Below the pieces are notes generated by a model. It made no database searches. It saw only the letters and a program-made list of their open reading frames with translations, and was not told the DNA's origin. This document shows positions 45,712 to 55,058 of a stretch of 64,000 nucleotides of DNA, piece by piece. The stretch comes from Candidatus Heimdallarchaeota archaeon. Its GTDB lineage: Archaea > Asgardarchaeota > Heimdallarchaeia > Heimdallarchaeales > Heimdallarchaeaceae. The translations under genes were made by a program, and so were the position numbers. The stretch covers positions 51,228 to 115,227 of the forward strand of contig JAAFKI010000045.1 in NCBI GenBank assembly GCA_021399345.1, in the 5' to 3' direction. Within the stretch, counting starts at the first letter, position 1; each line of letters begins with the position of its first letter.

Positions 45712-46276
45712 AAAAGAAAAGTGGATGCTTTCCCCATATAGATTAGCTCATCACCCATTGTGTAAGAATTTCGATGATCACATGTATATAATAAGGGGTC
45801 ATAAAGTGTGTAGAGGGTGTGTTAATCTTTACGGCGGGATGATCGCTGGTTTGATTCTAGCACCTATAATGGTTTTTGTTCTTAAAATAACATTTTGGAT
45901 TGCTTTTGTAGCTACAGTATCTTTATTCATCTTTACCCCCATTAGCGCTTTTCTTGAACCTCCTCGTTTAATTAAAGACATAAGTCGTTTCTTTCTTGGA
46001 ATTGCTATGATTTCAGCAGGTTTATCGATCATTCTTTCTATAGTTACTCTTGCTCAAGCAATGAATTGGTGGGCGTTTGCAGTCATTCTCATAACTCTCT
46101 TTATTTACTTTACAAGCAGAGCTTATTTTACAGGATTTAGAAATAGAAAGAATGAACAAGTTTGCAGAAATTGTGATCAGTTTTATCATCCCAGATGTGA
46201 TGGAATGGTTGATGCTGTTGATAGAGCAAAAGCAATAGAGAGCTTCAATAAGGGAGATGCATTTAGCGAGCAGTAG
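45704..46276 (+). CDS. DUF2085-like membrane protein
   Basis: HHPLCKNFDDHMYIIRGHKVCRGCVNLYGGMIAG matches the DUF2085 pattern (H....RSF...G...PvCARCtGiY.G). Four TM helices follow, then a C-terminal CRNCDQFYHPRC. The ATG at 45704 overlaps the TPR gene end. Confidence 0.5.
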   Translation: MSRKEKWMLSPYRLAHHPLCKNFDDHMYIIRGHKVCRGCVNLYGGMIAGLILAPIMVFVLKITFWIAFVATVSLFIFTPISAFLEPPRLIKDISRFFLGIAMISAGLSIILSIVTLAQAMNWWAFAVILITLFIYFTSRAYFTGFRNRKNEQVCRNCDQFYHPRCDGMVDAVDRAKAIESFNKGDAFSEQ

Positions 46277-47897
46277 ATTTTTTAATGACTTGCAATCTCT
46301 AAAGTATTTAAGAATTAAAAGAGGAAATAAATTGGATTTTTCATTACCTACTGAAATAGCTATTTCTGACATCATTGGATTAGCAGCACTTTTTGTTTTT
46401 GTTCTCCTTTCGCTTTTCATCGCTGAAATTCTAAGAAGAAAAGACAAAGTATCAGGAAGCACCTCAAGGAAAATTGTTCATCTTTCTGTAGGGAATGTAG
46501 TTCTCCTATTTCCTTTTGTTTTTACCAATATTTGGTTTGCATTGATAGGACCGGTTTTCTTTATTCCCTTCACTTATTTTACAGGTCCTGGCTCCCCGAT
46601 TAAGAAATTCCGCTTAAAAGGTGTAAGCGAAGGACATACTTATGGTACAGTTTTTTATGCAATTTCTTTAACTATTCTGGTTGTTTTATTCTTCAGTCCA
46701 GATAAAAACAATCCAACAAATATCATTCTTTTTGGAGCATTCATGCCTTTAGTTTGGGGGGATGGGATAAGTGCTGTAATAGGCTCTAAGTTTGGGAATG
46801 ACAAAGCATACCATATTTGGGGAGGGACAAAAACATTACTAGGAAGTTGGTCTGCTGCATTTGCAACCTTTGGAGCGGTTACAATCAGTTGTTTAATCCT
46901 ATCTCAAACAGTTGTATTATCTGTTTATCTTGGATTGTTGACTGGTTTCATTACAGCTTTTGTTGAAGCATTAACTCCTAAAGGATTTGATAATCTTGCG
47001 GTTCCAGCCGCAAATGCAATTGTATTGTTTATTCTGTATAAATCTTCGTTTTCCTTTGTTTCATCACTATCGAACAATGCTATAATAGCAGGAGCTGTTG
47101 TTGGTTTGGTATTAACATTTTCTGGAATCATTCTAAAGGCATTAACTTGGGATGGAGCAATAGCTGGTTTATACTTTGGTTTAGTAATTCTCGGTCTTGG
47201 TTCATGGACATGGGGAGTTATGTATTTTGCATTTTTTATTCTTGGAAGTTTAGCTACTTTTCTTGGAAAAAACAAGAAAAAATCCATAAGTCAAGAATTT
47301 GAGAAGGGTGATACTCGAAGAGATAGCGTTCAAGCAATGGTCAATAGCGTTTTACCAGCATTTTTAGCTTTCTTAGTGATACTTTTTAGAGACCCCATTA
47401 TCACTGTTATTGCTGGAGGGGCAATTGCTGTTAGTTTAGCTGATACTCTAGGAACAGAAATTGGTGCTTTATCTAAATTCAAACCAAGATCATCTATCAA
47501 ACCATGGGTTAAGGCTGAGCAGGGATCACCTGGCGCTGTATCTATACTAGGTCTTTTAGCTTCAGTCTTAGGGGCAGTAATTATCGCATTCTCAGGATTT
47601 GGAGTTAGTTTCATTGATAATTATACTGTATTTCCTTCTTCAATGTGGGCTTTCATTATTCCTGTAATTGTTGGAGGTTTAATAGGTTCATATTTTGATA
47701 GCATTTTTGCTTGTACTATTCAGAAACTGAACAGATGTACTATATGTGAAAAGATTACAGAGAAAAAAGTACACTGTGAAGTTGAGACAGAATATTATTC
47801 TGGTGTTAAATGGCTAAGAAATGATTTTGTTAATCTTTTTAGTATAATTGTTGGAGCTATTGTTTCTCTCTTGCTATATTTTATATGGATGTTTTAA
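46257..47897 (+). CDS. fusion protein: polyprenol (dolichol/phytol)-kinase-like domain + DUF92/VTE6-like domain, with C-terminal Cys motif
   Basis: - N-terminal half: SRKIVHLSVGNVVLLFPF ... WGDGISAVIGSKFG ... KTLLGSWSAAFATF (CTP-dependent polyprenol kinase / CDS family).
- C-terminal half: RRDSVQAMVNSVLPAF ... AVSLADTLGTEIGALSK ... GSPGAVSILGLLASVLGA (DUF92/TMEM19/VTE6 family).
- Followed by CTICEKITEKKVHC. Confidence 0.6.
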   Translation: MHLASSRFFNDLQSLKYLRIKRGNKLDFSLPTEIAISDIIGLAALFVFVLLSLFIAEILRRKDKVSGSTSRKIVHLSVGNVVLLFPFVFTNIWFALIGPVFFIPFTYFTGPGSPIKKFRLKGVSEGHTYGTVFYAISLTILVVLFFSPDKNNPTNIILFGAFMPLVWGDGISAVIGSKFGNDKAYHIWGGTKTLLGSWSAAFATFGAVTISCLILSQTVVLSVYLGLLTGFITAFVEALTPKGFDNLAVPAANAIVLFILYKSSFSFVSSLSNNAIIAGAVVGLVLTFSGIILKALTWDGAIAGLYFGLVILGLGSWTWGVMYFAFFILGSLATFLGKNKKKSISQEFEKGDTRRDSVQAMVNSVLPAFLAFLVILFRDPIITVIAGGAIAVSLADTLGTEIGALSKFKPRSSIKPWVKAEQGSPGAVSILGLLASVLGAVIIAFSGFGVSFIDNYTVFPSSMWAFIIPVIVGGLIGSYFDSIFACTIQKLNRCTICEKITEKKVHCEVETEYYSGVKWLRNDFVNLFSIIVGAIVSLLLYFIWMF

Positions 47898-49154
47898 TCA
47901 TTTATCTGATAAACAATCGATGGCAGGTAAAGGAGCACCTCGCATAACATCAAGGCTTGCACCACCACCTGTAGAAATGAATGACATATCGTCTTGATAA
48001 TCAAATTTCTCAATTGCTGCAGCACTATCTCCCCCACCAATAATCGTAACAATCTTGCTTTCAGCTAAATATCTAGCTATTTCTTTTGTTCCATTTTCAA
48101 ATTCTTTCTTTTCAAAAACACCCATGGGTCCATTCCATACAACTTGCTTTGATTCAGCTAAAATTTGACTAAAAATTTTGATGGTTTCAGGACCAATATC
48201 TACTCCTATATCATTTTCTCCAATTTCAGTTACAGGAACAATTTTTATTTTCTTTGGATTTTCAATTTCATCACAAACTAGCACATCTTTTGGGATGAAA
48301 ATTCTAGTCCCATGAGTTTCATTTCTGAGATAATCTCTGATCTCTTCAAGTTTAGATAAATCCTTGACAGATTTTCCAATTTGATACCCTTCAGCTAGAA
48401 GGAATGTATAAGCCATACCACCCCCAATCAAGATATTATCTGCTAAACCAATTAGATTCTTTATCACTCCAAGTTTGTCTTTAACTTTTTTTCCTCCTAA
48501 AATTACTGTAAATGGTCTTTGAGGTTTTTCTATACAGGATGACAAAAATTTCAACTCTTTTTCTACAAGAAAACCATATCCCTTTTCTTTGAAAAATGAA
48601 CAAACTCCATAAGTCGAGGCTTGTTTTCTATGAGCGGTAGCAAAAGCGTCGTCTACATAGACATCAGCTAGTTTAGCCAATTTTTTAGCAAATTCCGGAT
48701 CATTTTCTTTTTCTTCCTTGTGAAATCTGGGATTTTCCAGAAGAAGTATTTCTTCGTTCTTCAGCTCGGAAACTTTGCTTTCCACTTCCTTCCCAATACA
48801 ATCATCTACTTTATAGACATTGGTTTCTGGAAAGAACTCCTTCAATTTCTTGTGAATAGGATCCATCCTAAGAGATTCTACAATTTTTCCGTCAGGTCTT
48901 CCTAAATGTGAAATCAGAATAATTCTGCAATTCTGTTTTAATAAATAGTTAAGAGTAGGTAAAGTATTTGCTATTCTTCTTGTATCTGTAATTATTCCAT
49001 TCTTATCAAGTGGAACATTGTAATCGACTCTTACTAATACTCGTTTATTAAAAACATCTAAATCTGTGATGAATTTTTTTTCTCTAAATTTGAGAATATT
49101 TGACAAATCTCTCACTGTATAATCAACTTTATTTGTTGGGTTATTTATCAACAT
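47898..49154 (-). CDS. pgk: phosphoglycerate kinase
   Basis: RVLVRVDYNVPLD, ILISHLGRPDG, AFATAHRKQAST, ILGGKKVKDKLGVI, WNGPMGVFE, IIGGGDSAAA, STGGGASLD. Confidence 0.9.
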   Translation of the reverse strand: MLINNPTNKVDYTVRDLSNILKFREKKFITDLDVFNKRVLVRVDYNVPLDKNGIITDTRRIANTLPTLNYLLKQNCRIILISHLGRPDGKIVESLRMDPIHKKLKEFFPETNVYKVDDCIGKEVESKVSELKNEEILLLENPRFHKEEKENDPEFAKKLAKLADVYVDDAFATAHRKQASTYGVCSFFKEKGYGFLVEKELKFLSSCIEKPQRPFTVILGGKKVKDKLGVIKNLIGLADNILIGGGMAYTFLLAEGYQIGKSVKDLSKLEEIRDYLRNETHGTRIFIPKDVLVCDEIENPKKIKIVPVTEIGENDIGVDIGPETIKIFSQILAESKQVVWNGPMGVFEKKEFENGTKEIARYLAESKIVTIIGGGDSAAAIEKFDYQDDMSFISTGGGASLDVMRGAPLPAIDCLSDK

Positions 49155-49309
49155 GAATTACTTCACCTATACATAATTCTAATGTTCAATAAGTACTAAT
49201 AGACGAGTAAAAAAATGAATAATAAAAAGATTGCTCACTTTCTTCTAAACAAATTTCTTGAGTATTACCTATAGTAAAAAATAGAAACTAGTAAATATAT
49301 TATAATATA

Positions 49310-49813
49310 ATGAGCTCAAAAACAGATGACCTAAGAGAAGTAAAACTATCAGAGGCAAAAAAAGAGGATATTAAAGACATTGTAAATATCTGGGTTGAGA
49401 CTATAGATTGGCACTCACAAATTGATGAGGATTTTACATTAGATAAAGATGGAAAAATAAATTTCAGTTTTATGGTCTCAAAAGCATTACATGAGCCAAC
49501 GCAGATAGTTTATGTGGCTAAAGCAGAAGAAGAAATAATTGGGTTCTTGTTTGGGTATACAAAGAAACATTCAGGTTTCTTCAAGAAACGAGTAATAGCT
49601 CATATCTCAGACATAGCAGTAGTTGAAAGTTTTAGACGACAAGGAATAGGTACGAAACTGATGGCAAAATTCGAGAAGGAATTTGCTAGAGAGAATCAAG
49701 CTGATGAGTTAACCTTGTATGTGCATCTTCTGAATGAAGGTGGCACAGAATTTTACAAGAATTTGGGTTATTCTGTGAAATTACTATCAATGAGAAAGAA
49801 ACTAGAGCACTAA
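49310..49813 (+). CDS. GNAT-family N-acetyltransferase
   Basis: Motif A: ISDIAVVESFRRQGIGTKLM. The C-terminal GGTEFYKNLGYS is also typical. Confidence 0.75.
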   Translation: MSSKTDDLREVKLSEAKKEDIKDIVNIWVETIDWHSQIDEDFTLDKDGKINFSFMVSKALHEPTQIVYVAKAEEEIIGFLFGYTKKHSGFFKKRVIAHISDIAVVESFRRQGIGTKLMAKFEKEFARENQADELTLYVHLLNEGGTEFYKNLGYSVKLLSMRKKLEH

Positions 49814-50232
49814 AAAATAATTACACCTAGAGCTAAGTGATTTGTTGGAACAAATTCATCATCCTGTTTTTGAAGCCCCATTCCTATTCCAATAGGAGAA
49901 ATAGCGACTTCAACTGATCCATTGGAAACCGACATCACAACCTCTATTTTTGTTTTGGGAAAAACTGTCTTATCTAATTCGTATGAGTATTCTCTTGCTC
50001 TTTCTGGTGAAAAACTAGTTTCAAAGATTGTTTCAGAATCAATCACTAAACCTAGTTTAACAACAGGTCTTTGTGAGATTCCTTCTAGATTTACACAAAT
50101 TCCCTTAATTCCATTTTTAAAAAGTATAGCTGAAAATAACTGTTTAATTTCGTTTACTCCTTCTCCAACGGTTTTGTTATTGGTGAGTGCTTCAGAAGGT
50201 GTGTAACCCCATATGATGACCATGTTTCTCAC
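49810..50232 (-). CDS. hypothetical protein
   Basis: 140-aa ORF. The 3' end overlaps the convergent GNAT gene by 4 nt. No motif recognised. Confidence 0.35.
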   Translation of the reverse strand: MRNMVIIWGYTPSEALTNNKTVGEGVNEIKQLFSAILFKNGIKGICVNLEGISQRPVVKLGLVIDSETIFETSFSPERAREYSYELDKTVFPKTKIEVVMSVSNGSVEVAISPIGIGMGLQKQDDEFVPTNHLALGVIIF

Positions 50233-50346
50233 GCCTTATTGCAATTATACCTTAAAAATTCGATATTTAACAATTTAGATGAGAAAATGTACCATCAATG
50301 AAACTTACCTTAAACTAAAAGAAAAAGAAAAAAGAAAAGAAAGGAA

Positions 50347-51363
50347 TTATTTCTTTCTGCGGGAAATAGCGTAAATTACACCAATTGCTGCTAATGGAAT
50401 TAGAGCAAATGCATTGGTTGGATCTGGATCTTCTACTGGTTCAACTACGAAGTAGTTGAGGATGTTATTAACTAACATTTGACCATAGTGAGTACCATTA
50501 TTGTAGAAGCCATTTTCAGTGTTTTGACCATACATGAATTTGTAGTTGGTATAAATAGCTTCACCTGAAAGAATTAAGTTACTTCCAATGTCAGTAAAGT
50601 TTTCATGTACAACAGCTGGGAAAAGTCCACCAGTTAAACCGTCATATACGTCTAAAACACCATCGCTAGTATCAGAGTCAGCAGCAGTTGCGTTTTCACC
50701 GTAAGTCATAATCACGTTAACTACTATTGGAAAGACAGATTTTCCGTATCTTAGATCTCTGTAATCAAATCCATTGTATGCAATAATAGCACATGGACCA
50801 TGAGCGATTATACCAGCATCCATACCAGTTGTAACGGCTATAGCTATATCATCATATAATGGGTCACCTAAACCAATTTCGCTTGGAGCAGTACGATAAG
50901 CAGAGCCATCGTTAAAGTCTGGATCTTCAATTGAACAACCACCAAGTCTGATTATACCACCTAAGGTGTCAAGAACTTGATTTATAGCCCATGGATTGAA
51001 GTGACCACCGTAATCAGAGTCTCCAGCTGCCCAGAGTAATTTGTCCCCTAACTCAAACCAAGTTTTAATGTCTGCTTGTTCTGTAGTTGTATAATTATCG
51101 TCTGATTGTGTTAGGAATAGAACAGCTACATCATCGGGTATTCCCCAAGTTTCATTAATGTAGATAACTGTGTTACCTGCGGCTGTTAAATTACCAATTA
51201 TTGGAGCTAAATCTGCTTCTGTTGTGTGATAACCTCCATGAGAGATATCAAATGCTATTGTTACACCAGTGAAATCAAGTGTAGTAGTATATGCATTTGA
51301 TGTTGTCATGCCGGAAATCATTCCCACAATTAGAATTAAACTGAAAATATATTTTCTTTTCAT
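50347..51363 (-). CDS. secreted protein with DUF4350-like (GATase1-like) module and TNAF-type C-terminal anchor
   Basis: Signal peptide MKRKYIFSLILIVGMISGMTTSNA. GVTIAFDISHGGYHTTEADL...VAVLFLTQSDDNYTTTEQADIKTWFELGDKLLWAAGDSDYGG. It ends DPTNAFALIPLAAIGVIYAISRRKK. GGTGA Shine-Dalgarno 5 nt before the ATG. Confidence 0.55.
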   Translation of the reverse strand: MKRKYIFSLILIVGMISGMTTSNAYTTTLDFTGVTIAFDISHGGYHTTEADLAPIIGNLTAAGNTVIYINETWGIPDDVAVLFLTQSDDNYTTTEQADIKTWFELGDKLLWAAGDSDYGGHFNPWAINQVLDTLGGIIRLGGCSIEDPDFNDGSAYRTAPSEIGLGDPLYDDIAIAVTTGMDAGIIAHGPCAIIAYNGFDYRDLRYGKSVFPIVVNVIMTYGENATAADSDTSDGVLDVYDGLTGGLFPAVVHENFTDIGSNLILSGEAIYTNYKFMYGQNTENGFYNNGTHYGQMLVNNILNYFVVEPVEDPDPTNAFALIPLAAIGVIYAISRRKK

Positions 51364-51663
51364 TTATTTCACCGTGCACATTTGTGCACACTTAATACAG
51401 AAATATTCTCCTAATTAAACTTTTCTGATAAAAAAATTGAAACGGGATTCCCGACAAAAATAAGACTAAAATCTATAAATCCCCAGAATACAATTTATTT
51501 CAATAATTGGAATGAATTGGAAAAATAGAGAAAACAGGTACCTCAGACACTCCGACAATAATACGTATATTTAAATTAAAATTTTAAGCTAGTTTTGATA
51601 GCAGGAACAGGTATAAGTACTATAATTCTTTGCAGATTTGCATTACTAAAGTAGTGGCTTCAC

Positions 51664-53265
51664 ATGATTAATATTGTTCATGTTAAACAGAATAAAACAA
51701 GACCTTTATCTAGTGATTTGGCTTTAGAAATAGGGGACGCTATATTAATTTCTGGAAAACAGGATGAAGTTCCACTTGTTGGAAGTAGAAGAAATCAAAA
51801 ATTGCACATTTTACTTATTTCCCCTATTGGTACTATTATTGATTCTAATCAAGTAAGATTAGAAGAAACAGGATTAAGGAAAATTTATTCTTTTCCTATT
51901 ACACCCGATCTTTTCTCTGGTACTTACTTCCTGCATATTGAAGGCGATTACAAAAGAAGAGAAAAGGTGAATATTCGAACTAATAAACATTTAATTTATC
52001 GTTGGGTTCTCTTCTATGGTGTTCAACTTTCAAACCCAAACGATTTTCCATTAAATAATTTTGTTCTTGATATAATGATTCCTCCTTCAATCTCACCCAT
52101 TCAACAAGTTTTGAATGTTGAGAGTAATCATAAACCAACAAAACTAATTACGGATGAAGAAGGAAATCGATGGCTGAGATTTTATTTTCACCAAATTAAT
52201 CCAAAAGAAAAGATTACTGTGGCGTATAAGGCAGATCTTATTACACGCTTAGTTGCTTATGATATTACGCGAATAAGGGGAGAAGAAGAAAATGTTGAAA
52301 AGTTCTATCCTGAAGTTTTTCAGAAATATACTAAACCTGAGCCATTTCTTGATTCCTCAAATAGAGATATTACTAATATTGCCAGAAAATATTCTTCTCA
52401 TTCTCCATTGAGTAAAGTTTTAGCATTCTTAAAATATATCAAAGAAAATCTTGTCTATGTTCCTCAAGATGGTGATTATGGAGCTACTTATGCAATTGAA
52501 AACAAGTTAGGTGATTGTACAGAATTCTCATCTCTCTTTGTAAGTTTGTGTAGAGCTGCTAATGTTCCTGCTAGATTAACAACCAGCATTATTCTTAGTG
52601 AGTATGAAGGTTGGGTTCATCATTCTCAAGCTGAGTTTTTCGTAAATGGTGTTTGGTTCCCAATAGATCCTACTTTGCAGCATGATTTTAGATATCTGTA
52701 TAGGAGCCCTAGTTGTATAATTTTACAGAGAGGAAATACATTAGGCAATTCAAATATTAGGGAAGTACGGTTTAGTTATGATGATATGAATCAACATGAA
52801 ATCTCTTTTCATACTCATAAAGAAGTTAAATGGGATAAGGGTTTAGTTAAAGGAAGGAAGAGGATCAGTACTAAGGATCACTCTAAAATTAAGGGGTCCT
52901 TATTTGAAGAAATCAATTGGAAGTTTTCATTTCCAAGCCTAGATTTAGACAAACAAGATAAAACCATTGAAATAAGAGTAACAGCTCCTGATTCAGCTCC
53001 TATTCACAAACCTTTCAGTATTCCAGTTCATCTGTACAATCGTAACGATGAAGGAGTAATTGGAACATTAAGAGTGTCCTTTACAAGGGGAGGGTTATAC
53101 ACTAACCACCTTTTTCCATTGGTTTTAGAAGCTAATTCTCATGAACCCAAAATGGTCGAAATTCCTGCTACAAATTTCTTAGGACCTACCTTCATAGAAT
53201 TTATTTTTCAAGATGACAATGGAAATAAAATAGGATATGAACAGAAAAAAGTCAATTTTCATTAG
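51664..53265 (+). CDS. transglutaminase-like (Cys-His-Asp) domain protein
   Basis: GDCTEFSSLFVSLCRAANVPARL (catalytic Cys) and HSQAEFFVNGVWFPIDPT (His and Asp). No obvious signal peptide. Confidence 0.75.
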   Translation: MINIVHVKQNKTRPLSSDLALEIGDAILISGKQDEVPLVGSRRNQKLHILLISPIGTIIDSNQVRLEETGLRKIYSFPITPDLFSGTYFLHIEGDYKRREKVNIRTNKHLIYRWVLFYGVQLSNPNDFPLNNFVLDIMIPPSISPIQQVLNVESNHKPTKLITDEEGNRWLRFYFHQINPKEKITVAYKADLITRLVAYDITRIRGEEENVEKFYPEVFQKYTKPEPFLDSSNRDITNIARKYSSHSPLSKVLAFLKYIKENLVYVPQDGDYGATYAIENKLGDCTEFSSLFVSLCRAANVPARLTTSIILSEYEGWVHHSQAEFFVNGVWFPIDPTLQHDFRYLYRSPSCIILQRGNTLGNSNIREVRFSYDDMNQHEISFHTHKEVKWDKGLVKGRKRISTKDHSKIKGSLFEEINWKFSFPSLDLDKQDKTIEIRVTAPDSAPIHKPFSIPVHLYNRNDEGVIGTLRVSFTRGGLYTNHLFPLVLEANSHEPKMVEIPATNFLGPTFIEFIFQDDNGNKIGYEQKKVNFH

Positions 53266-53285
53266 AAAAATAAGAAAAAAGAAAG

Positions 53286-54811
53286 TTATTTCTTTCTTCG
53301 TTTTAGAACAAGATAGGATCCAATTACAAGAAATCCTGTAATTGAGAGCCACATTGATGTTGAAGCTTGTTTCAAATTGGCGGTTATTTCATAAGTTCCG
53401 ATATTACCAAATTGATCTGTTACCGTGAAAAGAAATGTTTTTTCACCATTTTTTAGCTCTGATAGATCAATATTAGAAAACCAAACATTTGACCATTTTG
53501 AATTCATAGATTCAAAAGTTAAGTCTTCAACTTCTAGTTCACCCACTAGTTCATTACACCAATCAAAAGTTGACAAACTGATATTGAAAACATCTGCAAT
53601 CTTAGTTTCTTCAGTTAATTCTTGATATTGACCGTCAAGATATTTGTAGGAAGCCGATTTTATATTGGGTACATCATTGTCTTCAAAATCCCAGAGAGGT
53701 ATACCAGTTTGCGCACCACCATCAAATGCAGGAGTTAAGGTAGAAAGATCTATTCCCATAGATATCAAAATTGTGGGTGCAATATCTCTTTGATTGCTTG
53801 GTACACCTAATGGATCATTATTGATGAATTACTAAATATAAAAGTGTTAGTTGAGATTTCATCTACTGTTTGAGGCCACCCTGCTCCATCGTGGCTTCGG
53901 TCATACATCCCATAATCAGCACCAATTATGAAGAGAGTTTTATCTAAAATTCCCGCGTTTTCTAGGACATCAATAATCATTCCTGTTCCTGTGTCACAAC
54001 TTATCAAAGCTTGTTTATATTCAGAAGTATATTCACCGTATCCATGTCCTGCCTGATCAGGTTCGGTAAAATGCATTCTAAGATAGAATCTTTCTGATGT
54101 AACATTTTCTAACCAAGCTGCTGCTTTTGTAGCTAAAAATTCTGCTCTAATTAAAGGAGCTGAATACATCTGAATGTCTTCGTTGAAAGTATTGAGTGCA
54201 GCATCTCTAGATTCTGGATCATCAGGAGCCCATGTTAGGTTTTCTGCAGCAAACCAATAATCTGATTCCAGACCGGGAGTAATATTTTCAAATATTGGAT
54301 CTGTATTATTTCCTGACTGAGCAATATATGTTTCATCAATCTGATGATAACTCCAAGAGAAGAAATGGCCAGTTTTGACCTCAGAACCAAAAGCAACCTT
54401 CAAACGCTCAGCGATACAATAACCATCAGGTATAGCTTGTTTTATGGTTCCTTCCCCAAACATGTTATAAGGAATAAGAGTAATTTCTGCTCCATAACCT
54501 GTTTCCAATGTTGCCATTCCAGGATTTGTACTTGTTCTATGAGAGGTTATTCTAATAGTTTGTCTATATCCTAGTTGATCTATCTTTTTTGTATTAACCA
54601 ATGTACCATTGTCTATATATTTTTCTAAATATTTGTAATTAGTACCATCCCAGGTGATATAAACAACATTTTCGAAATATGGTTCGGTACTGCTAAGTAT
54701 TGGCTGGGTTGATATATCAGTCAAGTAACTTATTTCTCCAGAAACATGAAAACCTAGAATTGAGGAGAAGAGAACGACCATAATAATGCTTACAAGGATT
54801 CTGTTTTTCAT
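53286..54811 (-). pseudogene. alkaline-phosphatase-superfamily (NPP/sulfatase-like) secreted enzyme, split by a frameshift
   Basis: - Upstream ORF: signal peptide from the ATG at 54811, TSHRTSTNPG, HFTEPDQAGHGYG, IGADYGMYDRSHDG. It stops at 53807.
- Second frame: open from 53828. It continues the family's C-terminal motif FINNDPLGVPSNQRDIAPTILISMGIDL...DGG and ends in a TM + KRRKK anchor.
- The frame change must lie within 53810-53828. Confidence 0.55.
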
Positions 54812-55058
54812 ATTATTACTATTTTTTATGTTGATAAGATAAAAAGGGTACTCTATTATTGAATTTTGCTGTTTGTCTTTGTTGATTTCGAATATGAACT
54901 GGTAATAAAAGTTAAATTTAACGCTATTTCTATTGTTAATAATTTGTTTCATATTGTTCTTAAGAAACCATTTTTATCGATAGTGCAAAAACTTTATAGT
55001 CTGAAAGCTAGACAGCTATTTGATATTATTAGATATCAAAAAGAAGGTTGATTATAAA

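Noticed and set aside
53768-53828. Programmed ribosomal frameshift in the alkaline-phosphatase-like gene
   Set aside because: There is no X-XXY-YYZ slippery heptamer and no obvious downstream stimulatory structure in the 19-nt window where the frame must change. A mutation or sequencing error is more parsimonious.
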